Below are positions 5,821 to 8,449 of a DNA stretch of 8,449 nt, in pieces. Source of the stretch: a virus (taxonomy: Duplodnaviria > Heunggongvirae > Uroviricota > Caudoviricetes); IMG/VR virus record IMGVR_UViG_2617270967_000016, positions 1-8,449 of that record, one strand, 5' to 3'. The position numbers were made by a program, and so were the translations under genes. The notes beneath the pieces were generated by a model. It did no database searches. It was not told where the DNA came from and was given only the letters and a program-made list of their open reading frames with translations. Position 1 is the first letter of the stretch. Every line of letters begins with the position of its first letter.

Positions 5821-6621
5821 ATGGGAAAAGGTGGCGGTAAGGCACACACGCCTCGTGAGGCGAAAGACAATCTCAAATCCACGCAGATGATGAGCGTGAT
5901 TGATGCGATTGGTGAGGGACCGATAGAAGGCCCGGTGAAAAGCCTGCAGAGTATTCTGGTGAACAAAACCCCGCTGACGGACACGGACGGTAATCCCGTG
6001 ATACACGGTGTGACCGCGGTCTGGCGTGCCGGGGAGCAGGAGCAGACACCACCGGAAGGCTTTGAGTCCTCCGGCTCTGAAACTGTACTGGGTGTCGAAG
6101 TGACCAGGGCAAAACCGGTAACACGCACCATTACGTCAGCGAACATTGACCGCCTGCGGGTGACCTTCGGGGTGCAGTCACTGGTGGAGACCACGTCAAA
6201 GGGTGACCGTAATCCGTCCTCTGTCCGTCTGCTGATTCAGTTACAGCGTAACGGTAACTGGGTGACAGAAAAGGATGTCACCATTAACGGCAAGACCACC
6301 TCACAGTTCCTGGCCTCGGTGATTCTGGATAATCTGCCTCCCCGCCCCTTTAACATCCGGATGGTCAGGGAGACGGCGGACAGCACCACGGACCAGCTGC
6401 AGAACAGAACGCTGTGGTCGTCATACACCGAAATCATCGATGTGAAACAGTGCTACCCGAACACGGCCATTGTGGGGATGCAGGTGGATGCGGAGCAGTT
6501 TGGTGGTCAGCAGATGACGGTGAACTACCATAGCCAGGTAACACAGAGTTATGACAGCCCGCCGGTTCTGGTGGGCTTTTTTGTGGGGGGAATATGTCAG
6601 TACAGATTTCAGGTGTGCTGA
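5821..6621 (+). pseudogene. J: tail tip/host-specificity protein J, N-terminal about 238 codons only
   Basis: RBS AGGGGAAGG; MGKGGGKAHTPREAKDNLKSTQ...PPRPFNIRM...TLWSSYTEIIDVKQCYPNTA matches the recalled lambda gpJ N-terminus; homology ends near 6533 and the ORF stops at 6621; full J is over 1100 aa. Confidence 0.8.
6557..6582 (+). terminator. terminator-like hairpin immediately upstream of the stf start
   Basis: gcccgcc (6557-6563) / ggtgggc (6570-6576) with one G-U pair, loop ggttct, then T6 (6577-6582). Confidence 0.4.
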
Positions 6622-7832
6622 AGGATGGTACAGGAAAACCGGTACCGGACTGCACCATAGAGCTGAAAGCCACGCGAACGAGTGAGACGGTGATAGTCAC
6701 CACGGTGGCAGAGCACCAGCCAGGCGAAACGGGCAGTTACAGCATGCAGGTTGAGCCGGGGCGTTATCGTGTGACCTTGTGCGTGGAAGGTCGTCAGCCG
6801 GCATGCGCCGGCGAGATTGATGTCATGGCCGACGACGAACCGGGCACCCTGAATGCCTTTCTGCTCCGTGAAACGGATGCAGCGTATTATCCTGATGCAC
6901 TGAAGAAGCTGGAAGCGGCGGCGGATGAGGCTGTGCGCAGGGCGCGAGAAGCTGCTGAGAAAGCCGAAACTGCCGTGGGGCCACAGGGACTGAAAGGCGA
7001 CACCGGAGCAACTGGTCCACAGGGACAGAAGGGGGACAAGGGCGATACAGGCCCGGCAGGGCCACCGGGGCCGAAAGGGGATAAAGGTGACAAGGGCGAT
7101 AAGGGGGATACAGGTCCGAAAGGTGAGCAGGGCGATCCGGGCGGACCACAGGGACCGAAGGGCGACAAGGGGGATACAGGCCCGGCAGGGCTTCAGGGGC
7201 CAAAAGGGGATACGGGAGCCGCAGGCCCGGCAGGGCCTCAGGGGCCAAAAGGGGATACGGGAGCCGCAGGTCAGGCAGGGCCTCAGGGGCCAAAAGGAGA
7301 TACGGGAGCCGCAGGTCCGGCAGGACCTCAGGGGCCAAAGGGAGATACGGGAGCTGCAGGCCCGGCAGGACCTCAGGGGCCAAAAGGAGATACGGGAGCC
7401 GCAGGTCCGGCAGGACCTCAGGGGCCAAAGGGAGATACGGGAGCTGCAGGCCCGGCAGGACCACAGGGGCCAAAAGGGGATACGGGAGCCGCAGGTCAGG
7501 CAGGGCCTCAGGGGCCAAAAGGAGATACGGGAGCCGCAGGTCCGGCAGGACCTCAGGGACCGTCAGGAAGTCCTGACAGCGGACTGTTTGGTGTCGGTTC
7601 TTTTGTCCTTGCGGCATATTATGCGACGAGTTATTCGGGGGATATGGCACCGGGCTCAGCCATTGCCGGCTCATCACTGTCTGCATGTTGCCTTTCGAAT
7701 GGTACTCCCCTGGTTGCTTCCGGTAATGTGGGGGAGACCCGTTTACCGGGCACGTGGCGTGCATGTGGTCCGATGCTATGGACATCATCTCCGGGTATCA
7801 GACAGGCAGGATTATTTCAGCGCATATCATAG
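6594..7832 (+). CDS. stf: side tail fibre protein with a collagen-like Gly-X-Y region
   Basis: 412-aa ORF; N-terminus [17 protein letters not shown] resembles recalled lambda Stf ([17 protein letters not shown]...); residues about 129-327 are uninterrupted Gly-X-Y triplets; 85-aa Cys-containing non-collagen C-terminus. Confidence 0.8.
   Translation: MSVQISGVLKDGTGKPVPDCTIELKATRTSETVIVTTVAEHQPGETGSYSMQVEPGRYRVTLCVEGRQPACAGEIDVMADDEPGTLNAFLLRETDAAYYPDALKKLEAAADEAVRRAREAAEKAETAVGPQGLKGDTGATGPQGQKGDKGDTGPAGPPGPKGDKGDKGDKGDTGPKGEQGDPGGPQGPKGDKGDTGPAGLQGPKGDTGAAGPAGPQGPKGDTGAAGQAGPQGPKGDTGAAGPAGPQGPKGDTGAAGPAGPQGPKGDTGAAGPAGPQGPKGDTGAAGPAGPQGPKGDTGAAGQAGPQGPKGDTGAAGPAGPQGPSGSPDSGLFGVGSFVLAAYYATSYSGDMAPGSAIAGSSLSACCLSNGTPLVASGNVGETRLPGTWRACGPMLWTSSPGIRQAGLFQRIS
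7180..7560 (+). repeat. tandem array of a 45-bp unit (about 8 copies) encoding [15 protein letters not shown]
   Basis: Near-identical 45-bp units with only synonymous or single-residue variation (PAG/QAG); preceded by more degenerate [12 protein letters not shown] triplets from about 6978. Confidence 0.85.
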
Positions 7833-7840
7833 AGGAGGTC

Positions 7841-8449
7841 ATGGTGGATAAGGGAAAAGAGATTCTTGCAGTACGAAATGCAGCCAGCAACGAATATGGC
7901 GGGATAAACTGTGAGGTGCAGTTTGAAGACGCGGTGAATGAAAAAGGGGAACAGGTATGGCTGCCGTATACTGCAACGGAAACGGATAATACAGAACACG
8001 GAAAAGCATTGTGGTCTGGGCTGACAGCAGGAACGTACGGAAGCGTGAGTGCCTTTGTTGCCACGGAAGCAGTACTGGAAGCGGCAAAGGCGGCGAAACG
8101 GGAAGAGATTAATATCTGGCGTGATGTGCAGGAGAATATGGAATACGTGATGGAATTCAACGGAAGGAACTGGGATTACGGCAAGAAGACGTTGTCCAGG
8201 ATAAGCACGACACGCCTGATGGCAGAGAATAACCGTCTTCCGGAAGGTTTTGCCTGGACCGACGGGGATAATAATGTGGTGCCGGTGACGGCGGCGGAGA
8301 TAATTGCGCTGGCAGATGCGACAGAGCAGGCGATGTTTGCGAAGGGAGTGGAGATTAATACACGGCAGTTGCAGATGAAAGCCGAGGTTGAGGCGCTGAC
8401 AGACCTGAAGGCGATCCGCAGTTATGCTGTCGGATGGCCTGCTGGCTGA
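7841..8449 (+). CDS. putative tail-fibre-associated protein (assembly chaperone or distal fibre component), 202 aa
   Basis: ATG 7841 just after GAGGAGG (7832-7838) and 9 nt after the stf stop; stop TGA is the last codon of the window; function inferred from position only. The track start at 7754 overlaps stf. Confidence 0.55.
   Translation: MVDKGKEILAVRNAASNEYGGINCEVQFEDAVNEKGEQVWLPYTATETDNTEHGKALWSGLTAGTYGSVSAFVATEAVLEAAKAAKREEINIWRDVQENMEYVMEFNGRNWDYGKKTLSRISTTRLMAENNRLPEGFAWTDGDNNVVPVTAAEIIALADATEQAMFAKGVEINTRQLQMKAEVEALTDLKAIRSYAVGWPAG

Noticed and set aside
5499-5840. 113-aa + strand ORF spanning the I–J intergenic block
   Set aside because: Runs straight through a 10-bp perfect terminator hairpin, is AT-rich with low-complexity composition and has no RBS; the region is better explained as non-coding.
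7180-7560. Possible CRISPR array, because of regular direct repeats
   Set aside because: Units are contiguous with no spacers, have a 45-bp period and encode in-frame Gly-X-Y within a CDS; this is a coding tandem repeat.
6823-7788. 321-aa minus-strand ORF with proline/leucine repeats, plus the 93-aa minus ORF at 6887-7168
   Set aside because: Antisense reading of the collagen-like Gly-X-Y repeats in stf; the repeat structure keeps the frame open artificially, and there is no RBS or independent support.
7087-7851. 254-aa + strand ORF in an alternative frame with [10 protein letters not shown] repeats
   Set aside because: Frame +1 reading of the same 45-bp repeat array; fully contained in the well-supported stf frame.

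Overview
This window reads as the late region of a lambdoid (Stx-phage-like) enterobacterial prophage that has been heavily deleted; every supported gene is on the + strand. Order: nin-region genes ybcO-rusA-ylcG, antiterminator Q with a tR'-like terminator, a 65-aa PapI/FaeA-like wHTH ORF, a beta-class DNA amino-methyltransferase, and a three-tRNA cluster (Ile-CAU, a degenerate Arg-UCG-like, Arg-UCU). No stx, lysis, terminase, portal or tail-tube genes are present. Instead there are three abrupt junctions: a NanS-p-like esterase N-terminus joined to the last 57 codons of capsid gene E; FII running into a 5'-truncated I; and J cut after about 238 codons just upstream of a collagen-repeat side tail fibre gene. 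FI is intact, and a 202-aa tail-fibre-associated ORF ends the window. The two least-explained signals are a promoter-plus-terminator unit on the minus strand between I and J (candidate sRNA) and the small wHTH ORF next to the orphan methyltransferase. All homology calls are from memory of lambda and E. coli prophage proteins and motif reading; no database search was run.
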